A stretch of DNA of 62,440 bases, counting the filler, from Rhabdomonas costata (Eukaryota): NCBI GenBank assembly GCA_019059605.1. It is 36 parts of 36 records of this genome, joined end to end, with 100 filler letters (N's around TTAATTAATTAA, not from the genome) between each part and the next. Parts side by side here need not be neighbours in the genome. Positions count along the whole stretch, not along the records: positions 48,651 to 50,286 come from JAHMHO010011550.1; positions 50,387 to 52,021 come from JAHMHO010011551.1; positions 52,122 to 53,759 come from JAHMHO010011552.1; positions 53,860 to 55,495 come from JAHMHO010011553.1; positions 55,596 to 57,230 come from JAHMHO010011554.1; positions 57,331 to 58,965 come from JAHMHO010011555.1; positions 59,066 to 60,704 come from JAHMHO010011556.1; 29 more parts are not named here. The stretch is one strand, 5' to 3'. The stretch's first letter is position 1, and each line of letters starts with the position of its first letter. The notes beneath the pieces were generated by a model. The model saw only the letters and a list, made by a program, of their open reading frames with translations. It was not told the DNA's origin and did no database searches. Position numbers and translations under genes: made by a program. Positions 50,061 through 60,434 of this stretch are shown in pieces.

Positions 50061-50797
50061 GTCAGCCTTCCAGCGGGACATCCGAGACGGCGGGGAGCTC
50101 CCACTTCACGCCTGTGGTGCTTTCGGGGGAAGGAAGACCTGCGGGGTACGCCCGGATGACATCGCCGATCATCTCCCCCTTGTTGCCCCCGGGTTGCGTC
50201 GAGGGAAGTGCGGAAATTGGTGCGGGGTCGTCCGAGACAACAATGGGCAAGGGGTCGGCTTAGCTCCCCCCCCCCACACCAACACCNNNNNNNNNNNNNN
50301 NNNNNNNNNNNNNNNNNNNNNNNNNNNNNNTTAATTAATTAANNNNNNNNNNNNNNNNNNNNNNNNNNNNNNNNNNNNNNNNNNNNGGTTTGGTTTGCCT
50401 CTGCTGTCAACTCTCCGTGGATGCCTTCTCTTTTGCGTTTAAATGGGCAATGTTCGGGATCGCTTGCTGTTGTTGGATTTTTGTGTATTATGATTATTCG
50501 CTGTGAAAGGTGGTCGCAAGAGCACAAATTCCTTTCTGGGGGATAAACTTTCGACTATATAGCTGCATAACTCGAATGCAAGATGAAGCGCACCTTTTTT
50601 TGTTCCCTTCTGTGCAGCGTATTCCAGTTTTGCTTTGTCGTGGACCCCTATGTTTCTTTTAGAAGCTTTATGTGAAGTACAATGGGAGATGTGTCTGCCT
50701 TTTTGGTTGCTTCCCACCGAAGTCTTCGTGCCAATGCTTGGTGAGTCCCTATGAAGATGAACAAGCTAGTGGTCGGTTATGGTCGTGGGGTGTGCAG

Positions 50798-51684
50798 GTG
50801 TCGCTGGGCACGGATGGCCCGCTGCACTTCCACCACACCCTGCAGCCTCTGCATGAGGAGTACGGCACTGCGATCAAGCTGTTCAAGCTCAGTGGCACAG
50901 ACATCTGCGAGGTAACCGTGTTTGGGGCGTACCATGGTGTATCAGAACCACACTGCGCCATAATATTGCCGTGGACATTATTTCGATAAACAGAACCAAG
51001 AGGTCAGAAGTTGTTAGTTACTGATGATGCCACAGGAACAGCGACGAACCAACCAGACAATCCGCACTTATTTTTGAGGATGTCTGCTTTGGCATTGATT
51101 GTGCATGCTTCAAGTAAAGTAACTTGTTCATTCAAGAACTGAGCCAAATTTGGGGCAACTTTCGGACATTCCACAGTTATTCACATGAACGTGTCCACAG
51201 ATATCTCTATCCAATAAAATGGTGACACCTCAACAGTGACAGGTAGAGTAAACGAATAGACTAGAGTTTGAAAAAAAACTATCGCTCCTGATATGCTGGG
51301 AGAGCCAGTTTTTTCACCACCCGGTTTGTGCTTAAGCCGAAAATTACTGATTTAGTTTTGGTTGTGACTTGTCTTGAGATGACCCCTCCAATGACGTTGG
51401 GTGTGCCACGCTGAGATGGTACTAATGAAAACAGAAGGCGGGCGTGAAGTTGGTTCTGTTTTTTATTCTTCGGAAAGAATTTGTGTGATCGGGTGGGGGT
51501 GCAGGTCGCGCGCAACTCCGTGCTGATGTCGGGGTTCGAGCACGAGGTGAAGGCGCGGTGGCTAGGGCAATTCTACCACGAGGAGACCAAGCACAACGAC
51601 TACGCGAAGTCCAACGTGCCGCACATCCGCCTCAACTTCCGCAGCGACTCCTGGAATGCGGAGTACGACATCCTCAACCGAAAG
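50798..51684 (+). CDS. AMPD: Two exons (50798-50911, 51505-51684) of an AMP deaminase-family protein, C-terminal part
   Basis: VSLGTDGPLHFHHTLQPLHEEY...KLSGTDICE|VARNSVLMSGF....K..WLG......ND..KSNVPHIRLNFR matches AMPD (SLSTDDPLQFH..EPL.EEY, D.CEIARNSV.QSG, TNV..IR..FR). Confidence 0.93.
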
Positions 51685-52356
51685 GTGTTTTTTCTCACAG
51701 TGCAGCCCTTCTCAATGTACCCTCGTCGTGTTGAACATGTGGGCGCCGTGTGCCAACGATGGCGACTTGAATGATGTAACGGTACGCCCCTCAAGCTCTT
51801 TGACCATAATGAAATTTGCCTGTTTCATTCACAGAGCAAGAAGCACTTTGGCAATTCCAGGACAGCACAAAATGAAGCAAATGGCAGGCGTGAGGGCAGC
51901 GGATGTGCCAGCACTGAACGCAGCCACGCGAAAACAACAGCTCCAAGTTTGCGACAATTATGAAGGCCAGCAACAGCTCTAAATCACTGCAACCCCAGAT
52001 TCCAAGTCAATCGTCCAAAAANNNNNNNNNNNNNNNNNNNNNNNNNNNNNNNNNNNNNNNNNNNNTTAATTAATTAANNNNNNNNNNNNNNNNNNNNNNN
52101 NNNNNNNNNNNNNNNNNNNNNGTTGGGTTGTGAACATGGGGTGCCAGTGATGCAGTGACGCGGTGATTTTTGTGGGCTGCAGGCGGCCATGAGCCAGTTG
52201 CCGAACCCCTTTCGGCGTGGGCGGTTCGTTGTAAAGTACGTTGTGGGTGCTGTCGTATACCCTCCGCTGCGTGGGGCAAGAAGCGGCGCAAAAGGGTTAC
52301 GAAAGAGCCGCCAAGGGGCACCACCACCGGCCGAGGGTGAAAGGTGGGGACTCTCC

Positions 52357-52440
52357 TGACCCAGGACCGGCCACGCAGCGTTTCGGGAGGCCTGCTGTAT
52401 ATACAAAAGACCCCAGGCCTGCTTCGGCTTAGCCCTCTCA
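52357..52440 (+). mobile_element. Dispersed repeat, copy C (possibly extending left to the contig start at 52122)
   Basis: Shares its sequence and right-hand end with the copies at 23536 and 43936. Confidence 0.8.
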
Positions 52441-52769
52441 TTATAACAAGTTTTTGGCGTCCTTTTTTGTATATTTTGTACTACTTATTCAATTTTGTCA
52501 GGGCACCGTAGTCCATGTGTTGACCTGCACACGTCTCGACAGCTGCGCGCTTCCCTAACACCAGGGCACTGCATACTGCATACGGAATGCTCAGTTTCCG
52601 GAGCCCACACGCGTGACGCACGTTGCGATTCCATTGGTTAATTGTGATTAAACGAAAGATTGAAATTTAATCCATCACCCCAAATTAATGCGTCTGGAGA
52701 ATGTTTATTTGCGTTTTTGCGGTTCGCGCGTTCACGTGTGCTTTTGAAAGGGAGGGCGTTACACACACT

Positions 52770-53680
52770 TCCGCCCTGGCGGTGCTGACGGCTCCGCACT
52801 GATCGATTTCTGCCCTCCTCTCGAGGTCCTCTTTCTGCAGCCGAAGACTCTGAAGTTGCTTCGCGAGCCGGTCGGACTCCTTGGAAAGCCGCACAGAGAA
52901 ATGAGTTCAAACGTCCGAGGAGACCAACAGATTCCAACTCAGTGGGGTAACATGAGATAGAAACCCATGAGTAACAATCGAGGGAGTGTGGGTAGTAGGG
53001 TGCATATTCGGGTCTGCAACTTTATAGCGTTGAAATTAAAATTTGCACCATGATGGTGGGCAGGGAACAGGCACTTCTTGGCCGCTGGCTCACTTCAGTA
53101 CTTCGGCAGATAGTTTAGCCCTCGCTCCTAGGGTTTTGAGAGGTCACGTGACGTTCATCCGAACATTGCGAACACACCCGGAGGCCAGCGGTGGTGCGTA
53201 CCCACAACCTTGACTACCTCCACCCCAGTCCACGTCTGCCAGTCTTTTTTGTGGCGTGGTACTTCGTTGATGTTTCGATGTGATAGTTTCACCTGCTCGG
53301 CGCGCTGAACTGTGTTTCTGAGCACTGGGGTGAGAGAATGATGTGCATGAACAGGCAGTCAGGTCTTGAACATAGAACTCCACACCAGCCATCGGCAGAG
53401 TCATCCCATCATTGTTTTTCCCCACTCCGCTGAAGAATGTTGGGTTTGACTCATCAATAGCCTGGATTCAGGGACGCAGACGAGAGTTACGGAAGAGGGA
53501 TACCTTTTGCACAGCCTGCAGCTCCTCGCGGCAATCCCGCAGGTCGGCCTCCGCCTTTTGAAGCTTGCGCTCGCGCTCGCAGATCGCGTTGCGAAGTTGC
53601 TCCACCAAAACCTCGTGCTCGCGGTCCTCTCTCTTGTGGCGGTGAATCTCATTGTCCAGCCGGCGGGCGAACTGTCCCGG
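52770..53680 (-). CDS. Probable exons (about 53504-53680 and 52770-52895) of a coiled-coil protein
   Basis: RRLDNEIHRHKREDREHEVLVEQLRNAICERERKLQKAEADLRDCREELQAVQK|gtatcc and LSKESDRLAKQLQSLRLQKEDLERR. Confidence 0.5.
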
Positions 53681-53859
53681 TGCATGCAAAAAGAAGTCGA
53701 CAAACACTCAAAATCACTCATCAACAAAATTCCTTGATTTCAGATTCAGACAAAAACACNNNNNNNNNNNNNNNNNNNNNNNNNNNNNNNNNNNNNNNNN
53801 NNNTTAATTAATTAANNNNNNNNNNNNNNNNNNNNNNNNNNNNNNNNNNNNNNNNNNNN

Positions 53860-55074
53860 TTTCGGGCGCCCCGAGGAAGGATCAATCGTCAACTTTGGAT
53901 GACGAATCGCGGCAACTGCAATGCAATCCAGCAGGGTTACCGAAGGTAACATCGGGTATCCCTCCGACTCGACTCCACGAAAAAAAGCAACCCTGGGAGA
54001 ATATATCCCACCGATCTCAGGCAGGGGATAAAAAACGTCACTTTCTTCGTTGAGGAGATTCGCCGTGGCTCGGAAATAGTCACTTCGGTAGTGAAGGTTC
54101 TCCTCCTGCGCTCCGTCGCCAGATTGAAACCCGCCCCCAGGGCTGGTGGCACTGGCCATATTCAGCACACAAGGTCTGCACCCCTCGTTTTGAAGACGGA
54201 TAGCTGCCTTCACGCAGTCCATGTTCCAAACCTCAATTTTCGGAGGTACGGCTGAACTCTCTCCAAGCACTGGCGGAGGACAAACCTCGTCGAAAAGAAC
54301 AGAATCTTTGGCTGGACTTCGAGAATTGTCCGCAAGCTCAGGATAGCCTGGATCCTGCTCGCGGCACTTTTGCAACGTTTGCGCCATGATAATCACCCGC
54401 ATGCTGTGACATGCAGCGTTATTCTGAAGGGCCTGGTAAAAGCGAAACCAACCAACCCATCGGGAGGCACAGGGGAAGAATTGTATGATATCACCCAGTC
54501 TCAGTGGATTCTCCTCAAGACCCGCCAGGAAGGCGGTTTCCGCGTCCACCGAGTCCCGCTGACATTCCTGAAAATGCACGGGCAAAGCGCTAGGAAGTAC
54601 TGGGGTGCTGCACATTGGGCAAGGCAACAATTGATCCGGGTTTTCCTGCGGGGTCAAATTCAGGTTCTCTCCCCCAGCGGCCTCGCTCTCGCTGTCACTC
54701 TGGATGACTTCTGCGCCTTCATCATCATCTTCTTCTGAAAGCTCTTCTATGGAGCGCGCTTGAGGCAAATCATTCCGAGCAATACCGTCGAAGACCTCGG
54801 ATCCACCCACGGAGCTTGAAGAAGGTCCGCCTTGTTCCAGCGAGGAGCTGTGCGAGCCATGAATAAACTGGCACCGAGTTCCATTTCTGCAACCCAAGGG
54901 GGTGTTGAAGTACTTGCACGGAACCTTTGAGGGACCTTCGCCTGTGCTGCTAGAGGAGCCACACTTGGGAATGGAAAAGCTAAGTGAACCGTGCTTGAAA
55001 GGACATCGGGATCCATCTCTGCAGCCCGAAGAGGTGCTGAAATACCTGCACGGAGTCTTTGATTTGTCGGCCAT
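53860..55074 (-). CDS. Intronless gene: two CCCH zinc fingers + C2HC (UBZ-like) finger + microbial-type PARG macrodomain (TIGR02452/DUF2263-like), 3' truncated
   Basis: CRYFSTSSGCRDGSRCPFKH and CKYFNTPLGCRNGTRCQFIH are CCCH fingers. CPMC...LPVHFQEC is the C2HC finger. VLNMASATSPGGGFQSGDGAQEENLHYRS contains the PARG GGG-x6-QEE signature and is followed by GIYSPRVAFFR and CIAVAA. Confidence 0.92.
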
Positions 55075-55595
55075 GTTGCAAACAATAGTCAACAAAGGGC
55101 AAGGCGATCACTCCTTCATAAGAGGGTGTGTGCAAGGGTGTGCGGCCGTAGGGAACATTATTTTCTGCATCACTCCCAGTAAATGAGCACACAGGCCGCT
55201 TTGCTCACGCAAACGGAACATAAAACTATTCAACGTGCGACACTCCCATGATCTAGGTAGGACGAAAGCTTCTCACGACAGCCCAATTGCGCACCCTCAC
55301 CCATACCTCCAGGGCTGTACAAAATCCTTTTTTCCTTTGATGATACTCTCCCTTTGAGGATAAGAGAGACCAGAGGTCAACAATGTCGGGTCTCGTGTCA
55401 CAAGCAAGCTCGCTGACTGCTGCGCTGCACGACGCGTATACCCAAGCCCGCACCTCCTTGCTGACACACCGGTGCTTTAAGCAACGAGCCACAACNNNNN
55501 NNNNNNNNNNNNNNNNNNNNNNNNNNNNNNNNNNNNNNNTTAATTAATTAANNNNNNNNNNNNNNNNNNNNNNNNNNNNNNNNNNNNNNNNNNNN

Positions 55596-57159
55596 TGTTG
55601 ATCTTGGGGTGGTGCTTGAAGTGGTCCAGCACGGACATGCGCTCGCTCTGCACCACCTCTCCTGCGCGCAGAGTGCATCCCAAAGAGACCTTTGGCTCAG
55701 GCAAAGATGAATCAGGTAGCCATCGCCCAGCACCGTTTTTCGCGCTCCCCAATCTGCAAGTGGATTAGAACCAAACCCCAACGTCGAGGGCAATCAAGGT
55801 CACCATTCTGGTCCCCCCCCTCCCATGAAAGCGGGTGTGCGTGCTCAACTGGGAAGAAAGGGAAGGGTGTGTCTAGCAGTAATCCATCAGGTGATCCGCC
55901 TGTCATCGGCTATTGCTGGGGTTTCTGTCGGGTAAGAGTGTAGTATTTCACGTGAGAATGGAAGGAGGTGGGCTTCACAGGATGGGCAGCGCCAGTGGGG
56001 ATCAATCGGGCACCTTCAATGAAAGGCCTCTTCAGGACGGTCGCGTAGTGCCGGAGTGCGGCCACGGAGTCCGAAAACACGATCACTTTGTCCCCTCTCT
56101 TCTCGTGGTACTCAATCAGTGCCTGGGCGTGAAGTGGGAAGTGCCTCCATTAGCGTAGGGGGGGGCGGAAGGGTATTGGTGGTGGTGGTGGTCGTGGGCT
56201 TGCTACCAATGTTTCCCTGCCCAAGCATCCGAAAGTTACACCAACCCCTTTCTCCCCTTACTTGCCAACGCCCAAGATGCAATACCTAAACAAAACAGTG
56301 AGATCGCGCAGAAGGGCTTTCACCAGAAGCTGGTTCAGATGGCTTCAGAGGGGAGGGCAATTAGGCGCAAAAGGGAGGGGGTGTTGACAAGGCATGCCTG
56401 GGTGCACCAGAACTTGTAGGGGTTGAAGATGTACAGCTGGGTCTGCCGGCTGGGTGCGCTGCTGCAAACAGGAGAACGCATACATGCACAGGATGCAGCG
56501 GCACAAGCATTGGTGCAGACAGATACACAGGTTGGGTGTCACTCCTTCGCGCGCAGTCATAATCGGGAAAACAGTTCGAACATTACATGGCATGAGTGGA
56601 TTTGAACTTTTTTTGGGGGGGGAGGATATCAGTGGAAAAAATATTCTTCCTATTGGACCATGCAACACCAGGCTGGCTTACCCCCGCCCAAGAACTCATA
56701 GAACTCGCTCGTCCCCAGCAACATTTTTTTACAGGGGAGGGGGGTGCAGTGCCAACCTCATGACATCTAAACGTCTCTCCCAAGCGTTCATCTAAGCTAC
56801 ACTAGCATTGGCAATGGCCTCCACTACAATGCACTCTTTCAGGTTGACGCAATTCTGGTTAATAACAATTTCCAATCTGCTTTCCGTCAGTGCTGGTGGT
56901 TGCCTCACCCCAACGGTCAGTACTTGCGCCCCGGCATCCTCGCGCAGTCGAACGGAAGGATCAATAGGTGCGGCAACAGCCTGCTGGGGGAACGGAAGAG
57001 GGACGCGCAGACTCACTTGAGGTAGGCGTCGTAGAACTCCTTTGTCATCGGGCAATGGACCTCCACGCAGGTCACGGTGGCCAGGGAGCCCTCGCGGCTA
57101 AGCTCCAGCCAGTTGGCCTCGTACAGCTTGGGGCCCAGCAGGAACTTCAGGTCGTCGAT
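55596..57159 (-). CDS. XPB: Four exons (57017-57159, 56398-56461, 56014-56122, 55596-55661) of the TFIIH helicase XPB
   Basis: [20 protein letters not shown]...[17 protein letters not shown]|...[31 protein letters not shown]...[27 protein letters not shown] is colinear with ERCC3/Ssl2. Confidence 0.96.
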
Positions 57160-58285
57160 CTGCGTGTTGGGCGAAAGCCCACCGAAAGTGAAGGAAACAG
57201 TTGACCCACAGGAGTGCGGTGTGACCCCCCNNNNNNNNNNNNNNNNNNNNNNNNNNNNNNNNNNNNNNNNNNNNTTAATTAATTAANNNNNNNNNNNNNN
57301 NNNNNNNNNNNNNNNNNNNNNNNNNNNNNNGGTTGTTGGTCTTTCTTGGTAGCTGCCACCCCTCCGCTTGCCATGTGTATCCCGTTCTGGCACCTCAGTT
57401 TTGGTTCTGCTTCTCTGCCTCACCCTTCGCGAAACTGCTTTCCAGGACCTTGTGTTCCCCTTTAGTCTGTTGTGGTGACCTTCAGCGCGTGGGGCGTTGA
57501 ATGTAGTAGTGTGAGGGCAGCGGACAAGAACCATCTGCGTTTTGTCAGGAGCATTGCTTTTGCTGTTGTTATGTTCGGTGATCTCAAAGGGAACGCTTCA
57601 CTTCAAAAATGAGCACTTTACGCTCAAAAAACCTAAAACAGACACCAATATTTCTGAAATAAAACAAAAAAGCAAAACAAAGCAAAACAAAATAAAACAA
57701 AACGGAATGATCTCATGGGAATTAAGGGAAGATTTGTAAAAGCGTTGCTCAGCGAGTGAGCAGCTGCTGGTTGGTATGGGGTTGGGCCAGTCATGTTGGT
57801 GAGGCCGGGCCATTTTACCTACCCAACTCTCCACGTATCGGTCGCAGCTTGGATGGCGGGTGGCACCCGTCGATGGCATTTCGGTTGAATCTTCTGTTCG
57901 GCTTCAATTGATTGAGGTCCGTGGCATGCGCACCTTTGTGGGTCCGTAGTGGTTGGCAATGCTTCTTGGGTTTGGCACCCTCGTGCTTGTGGTGACGCAG
58001 TCGTTGGAACCGATGAACTCTCGATTTGCAGCATCACCGTTTCACTATCAAAGCACGCGCTAGATTATAACATGCTCCTTTACTAAGAGCTAAGAGCATT
58101 GAAACCACCAGCGAGGTGAACTCTCATTTCGGTCTTTTATCCGTCATGTCACTTCGGGGTTAGCAGCTGGCAGACCGCTGCGGATCACAATGCGCACTAA
58201 CATCGGAATTTCTTTTCTTTCTCCTCTGCCATTTCGCCTCAGTGCATTTTCTTTTTTCCGCTTCTTCTGTACAAAAACAAGAAAC

Positions 58286-58965
58286 ATGCAGAAAGCTGGA
58301 GAGATTGCCGAAACTTCGAAACAAGCTTACCTCGCTACCCTCGCCTGGTTCAGGCCCTGGCGTGGGCTGCTCCTGTGCCTCAGCCTCTACCTGCTGGGCC
58401 GCGCACTGCTATCCCTGGGATGGCCCCTCGCCCTTCTCAGCGTAGCAGTGGGGACACCCTCCCTTGTCCTGTGCATCCTCGCAACACGAACCTCCTGTAG
58501 CCTTGCCGACTCCCGTGTTCAGCTCTACACTACCTGTGCGCACAGCCTCATTGTCATGCAGTTCGCTCTACTTTTCCCGTGTACTTCGGGGTCCTCGGCA
58601 GACCTCCCATCGATCCTCCCCAGCACCCTACTGCTGGTCTCGATGGAGTTTCAGGACCCCAGCCTTCTTCAGCTGGTGCCAGCCATTTTCACGTTTGCGG
58701 TCCCCCTGGCTGCCTGCCCCGCCGCCTTCCTTCTTCCCGTGCCAATCGGAACCTTCCTTGTGACCACAATTCTGCTGCTCCGGCGGCTCCTCCCATTGCT
58801 GCAGTCCAACGCTACAAAGTCATCCCACGTAGACACACCCTCTCCGGTCCCTCCAGAGAAATCGGAGGACCAGTCCCAAGATCCACTCGTCACCAGCAGC
58901 CCTTCCATCCCATCTTCCAATGCGCACCCTTCCCAACCACAACCCCCCCACCCACACCCAACACA
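58286..58965 (+). CDS. Unidentified multi-pass membrane protein, N-terminal part
   Basis: Long open frame from an ATG with several hydrophobic stretches followed by a Pro/Ser-rich segment. Confidence 0.55.
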
Positions 58966-59065
58966 NNNNNNNNNNNNNNNNNNNNNNNNNNNNNNNNNNN
59001 NNNNNNNNNTTAATTAATTAANNNNNNNNNNNNNNNNNNNNNNNNNNNNNNNNNNNNNNNNNNNN

Positions 59066-60434
59066 AGACCAACGAATACCCAGCACACACTTCCACCCAG
59101 AACAACACAGTACACGGAAACGCAGCATTAGCCAAGCACAAGCACAACAGCACTGAACCCACACCCGTAGCACTACAAAGCCCTCGCAACCCCACCAGCA
59201 ACCGTTGATTAGCCACCTCACACAGCAAGCCCACACAAAGGAACATCAAGCCCGCAATCAAACTATGACCCCACATGCCTACGAGCAACACGACCAACGA
59301 CACCCCACCGAGACACAGCAACGCCAAACCCGTCATATGCACCACCGACTACAACGCCACCCACCGCTTCGAATCCACAGCACCCAGCAAGCTAACCGAC
59401 AACACACACCCCGACGTCACCAAGAACCCTGCACACACCACGAGCCACGCACAATCCATAGCACCACAGAAGCCACATACCCAAACCAACACCACCCAAC
59501 CCAACTTCAACCCCACACCAGCCAAGAGCACCGAACCCACCGTAGAAGCCTCAGAATGCACCTTACCCAACCACACATGCAACGGAACCACAGAAAGCTT
59601 CACCAACCCACCCACCACCATCAGCAACGCACCACACGACACCTCCACTGCACCCACCTCACCCCACATCGCAACCCATCCACTGACATCCACCGAACCC
59701 AACCCACACCCCTGCAACATCAAGCAACCCGTCACCATCGCAACCCCTGACACCACGCCCTACCCACACAGCAATCCAACCGCAGCAGCCCAACCCTTCA
59801 AACTCCCCGACCCACCACCCGACAGCAACACCCCAGGACGCAAACACAACAAACCAACCAAAGGCACGTTCACCAGTTCGAAGCACAGCAACAAGCACAC
59901 CACATCTTGACACCACAGAAATCCCATCGAAGCCACGCACAACACACCTACGCACACATCGGCCCCCAAACCCTACCCCATACAGCGATTCTACAGCAAG
60001 CACAAACCACCAAGCAATACCGTCACACACCCACAACCCGACAGCAACACCCCAGGACGCAAACACAACAAACCAACCAAAGGCACGTTCACCAGTTCGA
60101 AGCACAGCAACAAGCACACCACATCTTGACACCACAGAAATCCCATCGAAGCCACGCACAACACACCTACGCACACATCGGCCCCCAAACCCTACCCCAT
60201 ACAGCGATTCTACAGCAAGCACAAACCACCAAGCAATACCGTCACACATGCAAACGCCCACGCACCTACGAACCCGGCACCGATCGAACCCACACATGCT
60301 CCACACCACGCCAGCCACGCACTCAACCCTGCAACCCCCATATGCAACGCAACACCACCCGAACCAAGCCCACCTGACACAGACGAAACCAACGCACTAG
60401 AACCCACGACACCACCCAAGGAAGACCGGAGCAA
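59066..60434 (-). CDS. nad4: Mitochondrial-type NADH dehydrogenase subunit 4 with in-frame TAG codons (start uncertain, first ATG at 60341; 3' truncated)
   Basis: A single frame carries, in the correct order, D......CFELVNVPL, VKLSVVPLHVWLGKVHSEASTVGSVLLAGVGLKLG, DSKRWVAL*SVVHM, MWGHSLIAGLMFLCVGLL....QRLL..LRGL and LANAAFPCTVLFWVE. Confidence 0.93.
59810..60248. repeat. 219-bp in-frame tandem duplication inside nad4
   Basis: 59817-60029 is identical to 60036-60248. The period is 219 bp, or 73 codons. Confidence 0.95.

Noticed and set aside
52380-52440. Hammerhead or HDV ribozyme in the dispersed repeat
   Set aside because: GAAAC and a stem are present, but there is no CUGANGA core or HDV pseudoknot, so it is not called as a ribozyme.
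31284-55074. dUTPase, PARG and ubiquitin-like genes as one clustered defence system
   Set aside because: They lie on separate, unrelated contigs, so their proximity in the window is artificial.
2216-57159. Euglenid non-conventional (non GT-AG, stem-forming) introns
   Set aside because: Every intron I could anchor by homology is GT-AG or GC-AG. None can be supported without cDNA.
59205-60377. Long plus-strand Thr/His/Pro/Gln-rich ORFs (59205-59750, 59275-59910, 59907-60377) and the alternative minus ORF 59659-60318
   Set aside because: These are shadows of the skewed nad4 sequence. A strand poor in T, or poor in A, rarely makes stop codons.
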